This document shows positions 10,962-21,992 of a stretch of 64,000 nt of DNA, piece after piece (positions within the stretch are counted from its first letter, which is position 1; the number at the start of each line of letters is the position of its first letter). Source of the DNA: an uncultured cyanobacterium (GTDB lineage Bacteria; Cyanobacteriota; Cyanobacteriia; Cyanobacteriales; CAWUOF01); contig CAVUSO010000001.1 in assembly GCA_963744145.1 (NCBI GenBank), positions 512,001 to 576,000 on the forward strand, read 5' to 3'. The translations under genes were made by a program, and so were the position numbers. Below the pieces are notes generated by a model that saw only the letters and a program-made list of their open reading frames with translations, did not search any database and was not told where the DNA came from.

Positions 10962-12045
10962 ATGTCTCTTTTGGCAATTTTAGGATCAATTAGTGTATTA
11001 GCGCTGTTGGTTGTGGTCCATGAATTGGGTCATTTTCTCGCAGCTCGTCTTCAAGGTATTCACGTCAATCGCTTTTCCATCGGTTTTGGTCCAATTCTCT
11101 GGAAATATCAAGGACCAGAAACCGAATATGCGATTCGTGGTTTTCCCTTGGGGGGTTTTGTCGGTTTTCCTGATGATGATCCAGATAGTAATATTCCTCC
11201 TGAAGATCCCAATCTGTTACGCAATCGACCAATTTTAGATCGAGCGATCGTAATTAGTGCTGGAGTAATTGCGAATTTAATTTTTGCTTATTTGGTTTTA
11301 GTAGTTCAGGTAGGAACGGTAGGTATTCAGGAAGTTAATTATCAAGCAGGTGTTCGGATACCCGCAATATCTACAGAAATAAATTCTGCCGCAGCTAAAG
11401 CTGGAATTCAAGCAGGTGATCTAGTTGTAGCAGTAGATGGTCAAAAATTACCTGCGGCTGAAGATACTATTTTTAACCTAAAACGCTTAATTGAAAGTCA
11501 CCCTAATCAATCACTTCAGTTAGGGATTCAGCGTCAGAATCAAATAATTTCTCTGACTGTTACTCCGATCGCTGGATCTGATGGTAAAGGTCGGATTGGT
11601 GTTCAGTTAGATCCTAATCGTCAATTATTATGGGCGTCGAGCGCATAATGTGGGAGAAGCTTTTACGGAAGCGACATCGCAATTTGAAAAGATTGTCCTG
11701 TTGACGGTTAAAGGTTTTGGTCAATTAATTAGCAATTTTAAGGAAACCGCTAATCAAGTGTCTGGTCCGGTTGCGATCGTTGCTCTTGGTGCTGGAATTG
11801 CTCAATCTGATCCCTCTTATCTGTTTCAGTTTGCTGCATTGATCAGCATTAACCTGGCAATTATTAATATCTTACCTCTACCAGCTCTCGATGGGGGTCA
11901 GCTTGCTTTCTTGTTAATTGAAGGTTTACGTGGTAAACCCTTACCTACTCATGTGCAAGAAAGTGTAATGCAAACCGGGTTAATGTTACTGTTGGGTTTA
12001 GGAATTTTCTTGATTATTCGGGATACAGTGAAATTAGTGCAATAG
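10962..12045 (+). CDS. rseP: RIP metalloprotease RseP, split by a +1 frameshift at about 11631-11634
   Basis: HELGH, PDZ domain and NILPLPALDGG in two consecutive ORFs; removing one G of TGGG gives LWRRAHNVGEAF and fuses them. Confidence 0.9.
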
Positions 12046-12067
12046 AGGGTGTTGATTAAGATTGACT

Positions 12068-13303
12068 ATGGCAACGATTAATGATAATTACCTAAAACTG
12101 AAAGCTGGTTATCTATTTCCAGAAATTGCTCGTCGGGTAAATAATTTTGCCCAAGCTCATCCCGATGCGAAAATTATTCGCTTAGGAATTGGTGATGTGA
12201 CCGAACCTTTACCAGAAGCTTGTCGTACAGCGATGATCGCAGCAGTAACCGAAATGGGCGATCGCGCTACTTTTAAAGGGTATGGTCCGGAACAAGGTTA
12301 TGATTGGTTACGTGCGAAAATCGCTACCCAAGATTTTCAAGCCAGGGGATGTGATATTGATGCTTCAGAAATTTTTATCTCTGATGGCTCAAAATGTGAT
12401 ACAGGTAATATTCTCGATATCTTTGGTAATAACAATATCATTGCTGTCACCGATCCAGTTTATCCTGTCTATGTCGATACTAATGTCATGGCAGGACATA
12501 CGGGATTTAGTAACGAGCAAGATAAGTTTGATGGATTAGTCTATCTACCAATTACCGCAGAAAACAACTTTACCGCGACTATTCCTACTGAGAAAGTTGA
12601 TTTAATTTATCTGTGTTTTCCCAATAATCCGACCGGAGCGATCGCGACTAAAGAACATCTCCAAGCTTGGGTAGACTATGCTCGAACTCATGGAGCGATC
12701 ATTTTCTTTGATGCTGCTTACGAAGCTTTTATTACTGAACCCAGCATTCCCCACTCCATCTACGAAATAGAAGGAGCGCGTTCTTGTGCGATCGAATTTC
12801 GTTCTTTTTCTAAAACTGCGGGATTTACTGGTGTTCGCTGTGCTTTTACTGTAGTCCCCAAAACCTTGACTGCAAAAACTACTGATGGTAAAGAAGTGGA
12901 ACTATGGCAATTATGGCACCGTCGTCAATCTACTAAGTTTAACGGTGTATCTTATGTAGTGCAACGGGGAGCGGAAGCTGTTTATTCCCAGGAAGGACAA
13001 GCTCAAGTCAAAGGTCTGATTAATTTCTATCTCGAAAATGCGAAAATTATTAGCAAGGAGCTCTCTTTAGCAGGATTTGGCGTTTATGGTGGGATCAATG
13101 CACCTTATGTATGGGTAAAAACCCCATCTGGGTTATCAAGCTGGGAGTTCTTTGATAAATTATTGCATACCTGTCATGTAGTTGGTACTCCCGGTTCTGG
13201 TTTTGGTGCTGCGGGAGAAGGTTATTTCCGGATTTCTGCTTTTAATAGTCGAGAAAATGTCGAAACAGCGATGAAAAGAATTACAGAGCAGTTTAAGATG
13301 TAG
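12068..13303 (+). CDS. dapL: LL-diaminopimelate aminotransferase
   Basis: [28 protein letters not shown] and [13 protein letters not shown] (PLP lysine). Confidence 0.97.
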   Translation: MATINDNYLKLKAGYLFPEIARRVNNFAQAHPDAKIIRLGIGDVTEPLPEACRTAMIAAVTEMGDRATFKGYGPEQGYDWLRAKIATQDFQARGCDIDASEIFISDGSKCDTGNILDIFGNNNIIAVTDPVYPVYVDTNVMAGHTGFSNEQDKFDGLVYLPITAENNFTATIPTEKVDLIYLCFPNNPTGAIATKEHLQAWVDYARTHGAIIFFDAAYEAFITEPSIPHSIYEIEGARSCAIEFRSFSKTAGFTGVRCAFTVVPKTLTAKTTDGKEVELWQLWHRRQSTKFNGVSYVVQRGAEAVYSQEGQAQVKGLINFYLENAKIISKELSLAGFGVYGGINAPYVWVKTPSGLSSWEFFDKLLHTCHVVGTPGSGFGAAGEGYFRISAFNSRENVETAMKRITEQFKM

Positions 13304-13454
13304 TGTGGGAGGGGCAGGTTGTGAACTGCCCTCAACTCTCCCACCTCGCTAATCTGGGGTGGGATTTTTATCTATTTGAATGTGGAACAGATATCTGTTG
13401 TCTACTCAATTGAGTCTGTGATATCAGATCAGGTGAGTTCATCCAGGTGATCTG

Positions 13455-13521
13455 TGGGGCTGGGCGGGTTCATTAAGGTTATTGGTGTGAATCATAATTA
13501 ATCGGTGAACCCGCCCCTACA
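13455..13521. repeat. REP-like inverted repeat (GGGCGGGTTCA...TGAACCCGCCCCTAC)
   Basis: Palindromic arms with a CCCCTAC end; degenerate relatives at about 13311 and about 13620. Confidence 0.55.
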
Positions 13522-13683
13522 GAGATAAATGTATTCGATTTATTTTCTCAAAAAGATGATGATCAGGATCATAGAGGATTACGAGATTAACAGTGATTTA
13601 ATAACAGATCACTATCATAAACCTGCCCAACCAACACAGATCAATCACCAGCGACTTTAACCGATCGCCATTCATGCCAAATC

Positions 13684-15072
13684 TTACTGTACTTGATCAA
13701 CCTCGAATTTGCTGTAACTATTAATTATGTTAATTTTACCCGTTACAATATCATTAATTAAGGTTTTACGCAGTTCTTTCAGATGGTCAATTTGATGTTT
13801 GATGGTGTCGATAATTTTATCTATTTGAGTAGTTCTTTTGTCTAGATAGTCCGCGATCGCTTTTTGTTCAGCCAGAGTGGGAATCGGTGTTAAAGCATCG
13901 GTAAAAGCTGATATATTTAATCCAGCTCTGGTAACACCTTTAGCATTGATAATAAAACGTAACCTGTAACTTTTAGATTGCAACAGTCTGAATAAGTAGG
14001 GACTATAAATAGATTGATGTTTACTTCTAATTTGGGCTAAATGATATCCACAAACAACTCCTGATAATGACTCATTAACTAAAGCAGAAATAGCAATATC
14101 TGCACTGGTCTCAGAATCTTTTGTCACTAAAATATCATCTTTATTAACCGCGAATTTTTTAATCTCTAATAGACTTGCTGTAGCTTTCATAAATCCTAAA
14201 GAAGAATCAATTATATCGTTTTTATATACATCTGTATAACTACATAGATACACTGGTATTTCGTGAGCATAAGTTTTTTTATCAACATGACTAAATTGGA
14301 TTAAAGCAATATCTTTTAAACGCTTAATTTGCCAATGTTCAGGAATTGCACCGATCGCCTCAATCCCACTATCTTTCATCGGTACAGTTTGATCTAGTCC
14401 TTGGGTTACGGTTTCATTAATTACAGACTGTTTTAAGCTATTATATAGTGTTACTTTTTGGGTGAGGAGAGCAATTTTTTGATCGATTTGGTAGGTTTTG
14501 GTGTCTAGATAGTGCGCGATCGCTTTTTGTTCAACCAGAGGGGGAATAGGTATAAACAGAAAAGAGCCATATTTTTCAGCACTAATATTCTCAATGGTAG
14601 ATTTGATCACCATAGAGTTTTTCCAATTATTATAAACACTAGATTTGGTATAATAACTGAGAAAATCCGAGATGATCACAGATTGCTTAGGACGAACTTT
14701 AATTAAATAACCTGCGTAACAAGCTTGTCCAGTATAATTTTTGAGGTGGAATGTTTTACCGACTGTAGCACCACTCCGAGCAAAAAGTAGATCTCCTTCC
14801 TTTAAAATAAATTTCTTAGCCCGATCTGGATTTAATGATTTGAAAGTATCTTTTTTCAATTCTTCTTGATCAGAAAAATCAGTAATCCGGATAAAACGAG
14901 GATGATCAGGATTAGCATCACTAGCACTTTCATTTGCTCCATAGCTTAAAGGACCTAAGATCAGTTCTTTTAATCTTTTCACACACCAATGTTCAGGAAT
15001 TTCACCCAGCCACTCAATCCCACTATCTTGATAAGCTGGATAACGACTGATTGATAATTGCTGATTGCTCAT
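13684..15072 (-). CDS. hsdS: Type I restriction-modification specificity subunit (no hsdM/hsdR in the window)
   Basis: Two target-recognition domains with repeated conserved regions YQDSGIEWLGEIPEHW / MKDSGIEAIGAIPEHW and PPLVEQKAIA / PTLAEQKAIA. Confidence 0.92.
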   Translation of the reverse strand: MSNQQLSISRYPAYQDSGIEWLGEIPEHWCVKRLKELILGPLSYGANESASDANPDHPRFIRITDFSDQEELKKDTFKSLNPDRAKKFILKEGDLLFARSGATVGKTFHLKNYTGQACYAGYLIKVRPKQSVIISDFLSYYTKSSVYNNWKNSMVIKSTIENISAEKYGSFLFIPIPPLVEQKAIAHYLDTKTYQIDQKIALLTQKVTLYNSLKQSVINETVTQGLDQTVPMKDSGIEAIGAIPEHWQIKRLKDIALIQFSHVDKKTYAHEIPVYLCSYTDVYKNDIIDSSLGFMKATASLLEIKKFAVNKDDILVTKDSETSADIAISALVNESLSGVVCGYHLAQIRSKHQSIYSPYLFRLLQSKSYRLRFIINAKGVTRAGLNISAFTDALTPIPTLAEQKAIADYLDKRTTQIDKIIDTIKHQIDHLKELRKTLINDIVTGKINIINSYSKFEVDQVQ

Positions 15073-15146
15073 TGTTTCAATCCTCTGGAGAGTCAATCGA
15101 TTTGATTCATAAATGGCCCAGGGCTCTCGCATTTCGGTTATAGTTC

Positions 15147-15267
15147 AATACGGTTCAGTTACCATCTTTTTTTTTGGGATATCTCGGCGAAGAAGAAGGG
15201 CGAAGCATTCGGATATAATATCACTGGTTTGATTGTTCAATTGTCGCTAAACATGCTTCGCCCCTAC
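15147..15267 (+). mobile_element. Degenerate MITE/REP element (CAATACGGTTCAGTTA family)
   Basis: Left terminal repeat plus internal GGGCGAAGCAT...ATGCTTCGCCCCTAC palindrome; right end not intact. Confidence 0.6.
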
Positions 15268-15384
15268 AAATCCTGCAAATCTGGACACAATTCTGTTTAT
15301 AGTCTAATCCGGTTCGATTCAGGGTTGGGGCGATCGCCCAGCTTTTCTAGGAGCATCGCTATCTGATAAATAAAGTATAAAGCC

Positions 15385-15521
15385 CAATCCGGTTCAGTTA
15401 ACTGTAGGGGTGAAGCATGTTTAGCGACAATTAAGCGATCAAACGAGTAATACTATATCCGAATGCTTCACCCTTCTTTTGCGCCGAGCTCCCCAAAAAT
15501 ATCCTTAACTGAACCATATTG
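15385..15521 (-). mobile_element. MITE of about 137 bp with 16-bp terminal inverted repeats and a 10-bp target-site duplication
   Basis: CAATCCGGTTCAGTTA...TAACTGAACCATATTG, flanked by GTATAAAGCC at 15375-15384 and 15522-15531. Confidence 0.85.
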
Positions 15522-15596
15522 GTATAAAGCCTAGTTATTCCCTAAAAAAAATACCCTATCATTACTAAGCAATTTTTACTTTAGTAAAATTACTTT

Positions 15597-16031
15597 TTAG
15601 TCAATTGGATTGTTGAGAAAATGACGTAATAGAATAGGACTAATAGTTATATAAACTGTCAAAAATGCAACCAGAGGAAAAGCTAAAAATAAGTTAGCTC
15701 CTTCCTTGATTAATGAAATACTACCTAATAAAGAACATATAAAGTCAAGCGCCATTCCTGGAACCCAAAAGAAAAACATTGTTTTCATTCCACGTTTTTT
15801 TCCCTCATAAACATCTATAGTCATAATGTTGATTCCCATGACTGCGGAAGCTCCAACTAGAGCAAATAGTAGAGGGGCATAATCACCACTATTTAATAAA
15901 TTATTTAAATTTGATAATAAATTATTTAAAGTTGCGGCTTTGACTCCCATACCCCCTAATATTCCGATAAAAGTAGTTAGATAATCACCGATCATTCCAA
16001 TCCAAAACAATAGAATCAAAATTACTTGCAT
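15597..16031 (-). CDS. Hypothetical membrane protein (about 4 TM helices)
   Basis: Four hydrophobic segments; ATG at 16031 preceded by GGAG; last gene of a three-gene operon. Confidence 0.7.
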   Translation of the reverse strand: MQVILILLFWIGMIGDYLTTFIGILGGMGVKAATLNNLLSNLNNLLNSGDYAPLLFALVGASAVMGINIMTIDVYEGKKRGMKTMFFFWVPGMALDFICSLLGSISLIKEGANLFLAFPLVAFLTVYITISPILLRHFLNNPID

Positions 16032-16054
16032 CTTTATCTCCAAGTTACCTTTAA

Positions 16055-16627
16055 TTAACGCCGACTTGAAATTACTAATATTGCCAGTCCTATCCCAATG
16101 ACCATAGCAATAGCGGTCAAAATGGCAAATAGTAAATCAGGATTTAATTCTAATTTTTTCTGCTTTTTTCGCGCTTGTTGCCCATAAAATTGTTGCTCAA
16201 CATAACTAATATAACTAAGCTCTCCTATGAACTTTTTCCATGCTTTTAAACCTTCATCTCTAAAATATTGCCTATCTGAAGAATGGATTAATTTGTTCTT
16301 TTCAAACCAAAAATTAATACTTTCCTGATAGCCTGGCTGTAATTTTTGTGAAAAATATTTGTGATTTAATAATTTACAAGACTTTGAATGCTGTTGATAC
16401 CAAAGTAAAAGTCCTATATCATAAAGCTTTTTCCATTCTTTTATAGTAAAAATTTGACGATTCTTGTAAGCAAAATCAACAGATTTCAAATACCTTAAGT
16501 ATTTTAAATCAACTAAAATAAACTTGGAAGCCAGCTGTAGAACTTCCTCAAAAGAATTGGTCTGTTCTTGGAATTGTTTCCAGATAGGTTTATCCATTTT
16601 TTCCCCAAGAAAATTAACCATTATCAC
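16055..16627 (-). CDS. Hypothetical protein with a single C-terminal TM anchor
   Basis: Lys/aromatic-rich soluble part followed by LLFAILTAIAMVIGIGLAILVI; start abuts the upstream stop (TAGTG). Confidence 0.7.
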   Translation of the reverse strand: MIMVNFLGEKMDKPIWKQFQEQTNSFEEVLQLASKFILVDLKYLRYLKSVDFAYKNRQIFTIKEWKKLYDIGLLLWYQQHSKSCKLLNHKYFSQKLQPGYQESINFWFEKNKLIHSSDRQYFRDEGLKAWKKFIGELSYISYVEQQFYGQQARKKQKKLELNPDLLFAILTAIAMVIGIGLAILVISSRR

Positions 16628-17754
16628 TAGCTATCACCGCTGCTAGAACTACTATCAGAGCTGCTACTGTCTCCGGAATCGCTGCTACTGTAATCAGAAC
16701 TATAACTATCACTTCCTCCTGAATCAGAGCTGCTATCACCGAACCAAGAACCACTATCACTGTCACCAGAGCTACTGCTGTAATCGTAACTATCGCTTAC
16801 TCCAGAGTCATAACTATCAGAATCACTGCTACTGGAATCATAACCATCACTTTCTCCAGAATCAGAACTATTACCAAACCAGCTATCGAACCAAGAGCCA
16901 CCATTACCTTCATCAGAATTATCGCTACTGGAATTAGAAATATCACTTACTTCAGAGTCAGATTCACTACCAAAAAAACCATCGAACAAAGATACACCAA
17001 TATTGTTAGAATTATTCCTTTCAGAATCGTAACTGTCTCTTGATTCAGATTCATAACAGTTATCATATTCGTTAACATCAGCGCTATTTTCATCAGAAGT
17101 GTCACTTGATTCGGGTTGAGATCCCGTACCGAACCAATTCCAATGATCTCTAAGTTCAGGAGGTATTCCTAGTGTAATTCCTGTCTCTTTGATATTAGCT
17201 GGATCAGCAAAAAAAAGATTATCCGGAGAAATTATGAAGCACTGAGTTTCATTTAACACTTCTTTAACCTTGGAACTAAAGCAGTCGTCTGTTCCATCAG
17301 CAGTTGAAAAAATAAGAATAATTTCTCTCTCTTTAGCTACATGAACTAGACGTTTTGCTTGATCAATATCATTCCATTTTGAGTTTCCTAGAGCTTTACA
17401 TTCTATGATAGCGATCTCATAGTCATTGAGATCTTCAATAGTTATATCTATCTGTGTCCCTCTACCGTATTCTTCAAATGTTTCATTATAAACAAGCTTA
17501 CTTTCTGGGGGATGCCAATTAGCCCTTAATCCAAAATAATCAATTTTTCCCTCTGTGTATCTCTCCCAATTTTCTCCCTGCTCATAATTAGCTCTACCCA
17601 TTTCTTGTCTATCGATATGTTTTTTCTTCTCTATATGTCCTGATTTGCTACTATCGGACTCATCAGATTTGAACACACCAGACACTTGAGAAGTTATCTC
17701 AGCTATACCTTCAGATAGGCGTTTACTAAACCAGTCTAATAATCCTTCACTCAT
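16627..17754 (-). CDS. Putative PD-(D/E)xK (restriction-endonuclease-fold) protein with an Asp/Ser/Gly-rich low-complexity tail
   Basis: GENWE...QIDITIE...IIECK...DQAKRL motif order; about 165-aa acidic Ser-rich C-terminus. Confidence 0.6.
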   Translation of the reverse strand: MSEGLLDWFSKRLSEGIAEITSQVSGVFKSDESDSSKSGHIEKKKHIDRQEMGRANYEQGENWERYTEGKIDYFGLRANWHPPESKLVYNETFEEYGRGTQIDITIEDLNDYEIAIIECKALGNSKWNDIDQAKRLVHVAKEREIILIFSTADGTDDCFSSKVKEVLNETQCFIISPDNLFFADPANIKETGITLGIPPELRDHWNWFGTGSQPESSDTSDENSADVNEYDNCYESESRDSYDSERNNSNNIGVSLFDGFFGSESDSEVSDISNSSSDNSDEGNGGSWFDSWFGNSSDSGESDGYDSSSSDSDSYDSGVSDSYDYSSSSGDSDSGSWFGDSSSDSGGSDSYSSDYSSSDSGDSSSSDSSSSSGDS

Positions 17755-17820
17755 AATTTTTTTTACGGTGAGTTAGGTTAATGGAATATTTTTATATAGT
17801 AAACCAATGATCTAAATTAT

Positions 17821-18011
17821 GAAAAGCGGAAAAAGACGGATGTTTATAATAATTTATATTTCAGAAGAAATTGGTCGGGAAAAAGACAGAATAATAGTCT
17901 ATCCCGATCCTAGGTTCCTTGCTCAAAAAACTGTAAAGACGGAAAAAGACGGAATAATTTGAGGATTGATAAAATTTTTACTGCAAGACGGAAAAAGACG
18001 GAAAAAGACGG
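17821..18011. promoter_or_regulatory. Cluster of GGAAAAAGAC direct repeats in a divergent promoter region (putative operator)
   Basis: Perfect copies start at 17828, 17878, 17941, 17990 and 18000, with adjacent partial copies. Confidence 0.55.
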
Positions 18012-18045
18012 TTATAATAATTTCAGTTATTTCTCTCCCCTGCTG

Positions 18046-18567
18046 ATGAATACTCATGAGGTACTGGACTTTGTCGATGAGGTGATCTATACCAAAACTG
18101 GTAAGCATCTCAATGACTTACAACGTGGCATAATTGAAGGAACACTAAAGCGACAAAAATATGCTGATATTGCATCAACTTATAGTTGTAGTGCTGGTCA
18201 TGCTAAGGATGTCGGTTATGAGCTTTTACAGATGTTATCTAATATTTTCGATGAACCTGTTGATAAAAAGCATCTTAAATCTATCCTAGAGCGGCAAGGA
18301 AATCTGAATATTTCTTTAGGTGATAGAAGTATTGCTTGTATTAATAATAATCATATAATTGGAAACATAAATGTTGGCTCTGAACAACCCAACCCTACCG
18401 TACATAAAAGCGATCGTGAAGATCCTGACTTTCAGCAAAAAAAGAATAATCAAATTCAGCAGGAAAAGATTGATAAATTACGACAGTATGGCTTAAACGA
18501 TCAGCAAATCGCAGAGATACTAGAGCTACCTTTAGAGGTAGTTAAGAAGGTAGACTTGGAAGAGTGA
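18046..18567 (+). CDS. HTH protein (N-terminal HTH of the type found on cyanobacterial NB-ARC/vWA-MoxR-associated proteins; second short C-terminal HTH)
   Basis: KHLNDLQRGIIEGTLKRQKYADIA...VGYELLQMLS...VDKKHLKSIL; C-terminal LRQYGLNDQQIAEILELPLEVV; likely start is the ATG at 18046. Confidence 0.7.
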   Translation: MNTHEVLDFVDEVIYTKTGKHLNDLQRGIIEGTLKRQKYADIASTYSCSAGHAKDVGYELLQMLSNIFDEPVDKKHLKSILERQGNLNISLGDRSIACINNNHIIGNINVGSEQPNPTVHKSDREDPDFQQKKNNQIQQEKIDKLRQYGLNDQQIAEILELPLEVVKKVDLEE

Positions 18568-18596
18568 GCATAGTTAGTACCCCGGATTTAAATCTG

Positions 18597-18705
18597 AGGA
18601 TATTTTTGGGGATCTCGGCGCAGAAGAAGGGTGAAGCATTCGGGTATAATATTACTGGCTCAATCGCTCAATTGTCGCCCGAATGCTTCACCCCTACACT
18701 TAACT
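18597..18705 (+). repeat. REP/MITE core copy (GGGTGAAGCATTCGGG...CCCGAATGCTTCACCCCTAC)
   Basis: Same internal sequence as the elements at 15385 and 54079; termini eroded. Confidence 0.75.
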
Positions 18706-18787
18706 CCCAAAAGTGTTAACAATTTGTTAATAGCGACATTAATTCGTCGAAACAATAACTATGACCAATAATCTAGCAATCTAAAAA

Positions 18788-18861
<74 letters not shown>

Positions 18862-18971
18862 AATTGTCCTTACCTAATATAACATAACTTTAGCATAAAA
18901 TTAATGATTTTGGGAAAATTTTTGCAAAAGATTGCCTGAACTATGGGCAACCTCACTTATATCCCTAGAAA

Positions 18972-19925
18972 TCAACCGATCCGCAGACGTTGTTCCTGAA
19001 CTATACTTTGTAATGACATCGGCAACCAATGGTCATATTGGGAATAAACGGGTAATCGAGGTAAGAGTTGCCATCCTGCTGGTTCTAAGATATTTTTGAG
19101 AGTCTGATAGTCCAAATGAGGGTAATTAGGATTGACTTCATCTTTCGGTCCAATCCCACCTAAATCCCGAGCCCCTGCTTCTAAACAAGCGAGTAACCAC
19201 TCAGGATCGCTCACTAAATTGGGGGGAATTTGGATGGTAATATCTGGGGGCAAAATTTGACTTGCTAAATTAATTACTTTGGGTAATTGATGGGGATGAA
19301 AAGCTGGTGCTGTAAAAATTTGCTGGTCTCCAGGACTGTAAGGTTGGAGAATTACCTCTTGAATATTACCCCAACGTTGATGAATTTGGGCGATCGCTAC
19401 TAAGGTTTCAGACCAATCTGTGGGAGTTTCACCAATCCCCAACAGTAATCCTGTCGTCAAAGGAATTCTGAGTTTTCCTGCCCATTCTAACTGTTGCAGA
19501 CGGATTTGAGGTAATTTATTCGGAGCATTGCGATGAACTGTTTCCAGTAATTTAGGTGTTAATTGTTCTAGCATCAGCCCCATTGACACATTGACATTTT
19601 TTAAACGATTAATTTCTGTCCAACTTAACGGTCCGACATTACTATGGGGTAAAAATCCCATAGTCAGGGCTAATTTACATAAATCATAAATACGTTCAAA
19701 CCAATCGACACGACGAAAACTGAGGGGATGGACTTCCCCACTAATAATGAGAATTTCAATTACACCACTATCTTTAAGAGAGCTTAATAACCCTTGTGCT
19801 GTGGTTAATTCCATCCAAGCATCTTGACCCGGATCGACACGAAAGTTGCAATAAGTACAGCGATTAAAACACTCATAAGTAGGCACCAAGGTGTAAGCGG
19901 GACTGTAAGTAACAACTCTGGACAT
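18972..19925 (-). CDS. cofG: FO (deazariboflavin) synthase subunit CofG, radical SAM
   Basis: VTYSPAYTLVPTYECFNRCTYCNF (CxxxCxxC), SMGLMLEQ and DEVNPNYP motifs. Confidence 0.92.
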   Translation of the reverse strand: MSRVVTYSPAYTLVPTYECFNRCTYCNFRVDPGQDAWMELTTAQGLLSSLKDSGVIEILIISGEVHPLSFRRVDWFERIYDLCKLALTMGFLPHSNVGPLSWTEINRLKNVNVSMGLMLEQLTPKLLETVHRNAPNKLPQIRLQQLEWAGKLRIPLTTGLLLGIGETPTDWSETLVAIAQIHQRWGNIQEVILQPYSPGDQQIFTAPAFHPHQLPKVINLASQILPPDITIQIPPNLVSDPEWLLACLEAGARDLGGIGPKDEVNPNYPHLDYQTLKNILEPAGWQLLPRLPVYSQYDHWLPMSLQSIVQEQRLRIG

Positions 19926-20080
19926 AAACAAATATCATCCCGATGCTGAATCTGTTTTAGGTTCAATTTACCGAATTTTTTCACAGAAAAAAACTTGTTC
20001 AATCCTGATCTTCCCATAGTATATAACTTTTATTTATACATTATATAAATAACAGCAATTAAAAATACTTAAAAAAAACC

Positions 20081-20115
20081 TTTACAAAACTAAACAAAAC
20101 GATTAATGTAGTAAT
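20081..20115 (+). promoter_or_regulatory. Probable psbA promoter (-35 TTTACA, -10 about TAGTAA) overlapping an HLR1-like direct repeat
   Basis: TTTACAAA-AC-TAAACAAA resembles the RpaB-binding HLR1 repeat upstream of high-light psbA genes; exact spacing and start site uncertain. Confidence 0.4.
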
Positions 20116-20175
20116 CAAGGTAGAGAAACACAGCTACCGAGTACCTTGAAAAATAAATAAAGCCATCATAAACTC

Positions 20176-21259
<1,084 letters not shown>

Positions 21260-21272
21260 TTTTCTTAGCTAA

Positions 21273-21307
21273 TAAAAAGCACTCTCCTTTTCGGGGGGTG
21301 CTTTTTT
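21273..21307 (+). terminator. Rho-independent terminator of psbA
   Basis: AAAAAGCACTCTCC-TTTTC-GGGGGGTGCTTTTT hairpin with T tract. Confidence 0.85.
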
Positions 21308-21395
21308 ATTGGTGCGGATTTAATAGTTCTGTTCCATCCTGGCAAAGATCTGTAAAAATTTAGTCAATTATCAATAGACATCAGGAGACAAACCA

Positions 21396-21992
21396 ACGGT
21401 TTACACACGCCCATTAGCCCGTCTAATCGAGCAATTACAACGCCTACCTGGCGTCGGCCCAAAAACAGCCCAGCGATTAGCATTACATATCATCAAGCGT
21501 CCAGAAGAAGAAATTCAGGCGCTAGCTCAAGCTTTAATCGAAGCAAAAAAGCAAATAGGTTTTTGCTCCATCTGTTTTCATCTTTCCGCTGAACCTACTT
21601 GTGAAATCTGTCGCAGCCCAAACCGAGATCATCAGACTATCTGTGTAGTTGCTGAATCTCGGGACGTGATTGCCTTAGAAAAAACTCGAGAATATCGGGG
21701 TAAATATCACGTTTTAGGAGGAGTAATTTCACCAATGGATGGAATTGGTCCAGAACAACTGAATATTCAACCACTGCTAAGACGAATTAGTCAACCAGGT
21801 ATTCAAGAAGTAATTATTGCCATTAGTCCAAGTGTTGAAGGTGAAACTACTACCCTTTATGTGGGTCATTTGCTCAAACCATTCACCAGAGTCACCAGAA
21901 TCGCTTTTGGTTTACCAATGGGAGGCGATCTAGAATACGCTGATGAAGTAACCCTAGCGCGAGCTTTAGAGGGACGTCGAGAATTAGATTAG
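21396..21992 (+). CDS. recR: Recombination mediator RecR (probable non-canonical start codon)
   Basis: In-frame extension of the 21666 [32 protein letters not shown]4 zinc finger CSIC...CEIC, Toprim domain with GETT and LEYADEVTL. Confidence 0.93.
   Translation, partial: TVYTRPLARLIEQLQRLPGVGPKTAQRLALHIIKRPEEEIQALAQALIEAKKQIGFCSICFHLSAEPTCEICRSPNRDHQTICVVAESRDVIALEKTREYRGKYHVLGGVISPMDGIGPEQLNIQPLLRRISQPGIQEVIIAISPSVEGETTTLYVGHLLKPFTRVTRIAFGLPMGGDLEYADEVTLARALEGRRELD

Noticed and set aside
15327..15346. att-site duplicate of the tRNA-Cys 3' end (GGCGATCGCCCAGCTTT vs GGCGACGCCCAGATTT)
   Set aside because: Short, imperfect and HIP1-centred; an equally good match occurs at about 59077 in an unrelated context; no integrase present
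17821..18011. Degenerate CRISPR or mini-array
   Set aside because: The conserved unit is only 10 bp, non-palindromic and irregularly spaced; fits operator sites better
17959..18045. N-terminal extension of the HTH ORF from TTG 17959
   Set aside because: Runs through the repeat/promoter region; family-like sequence begins at ATG 18046
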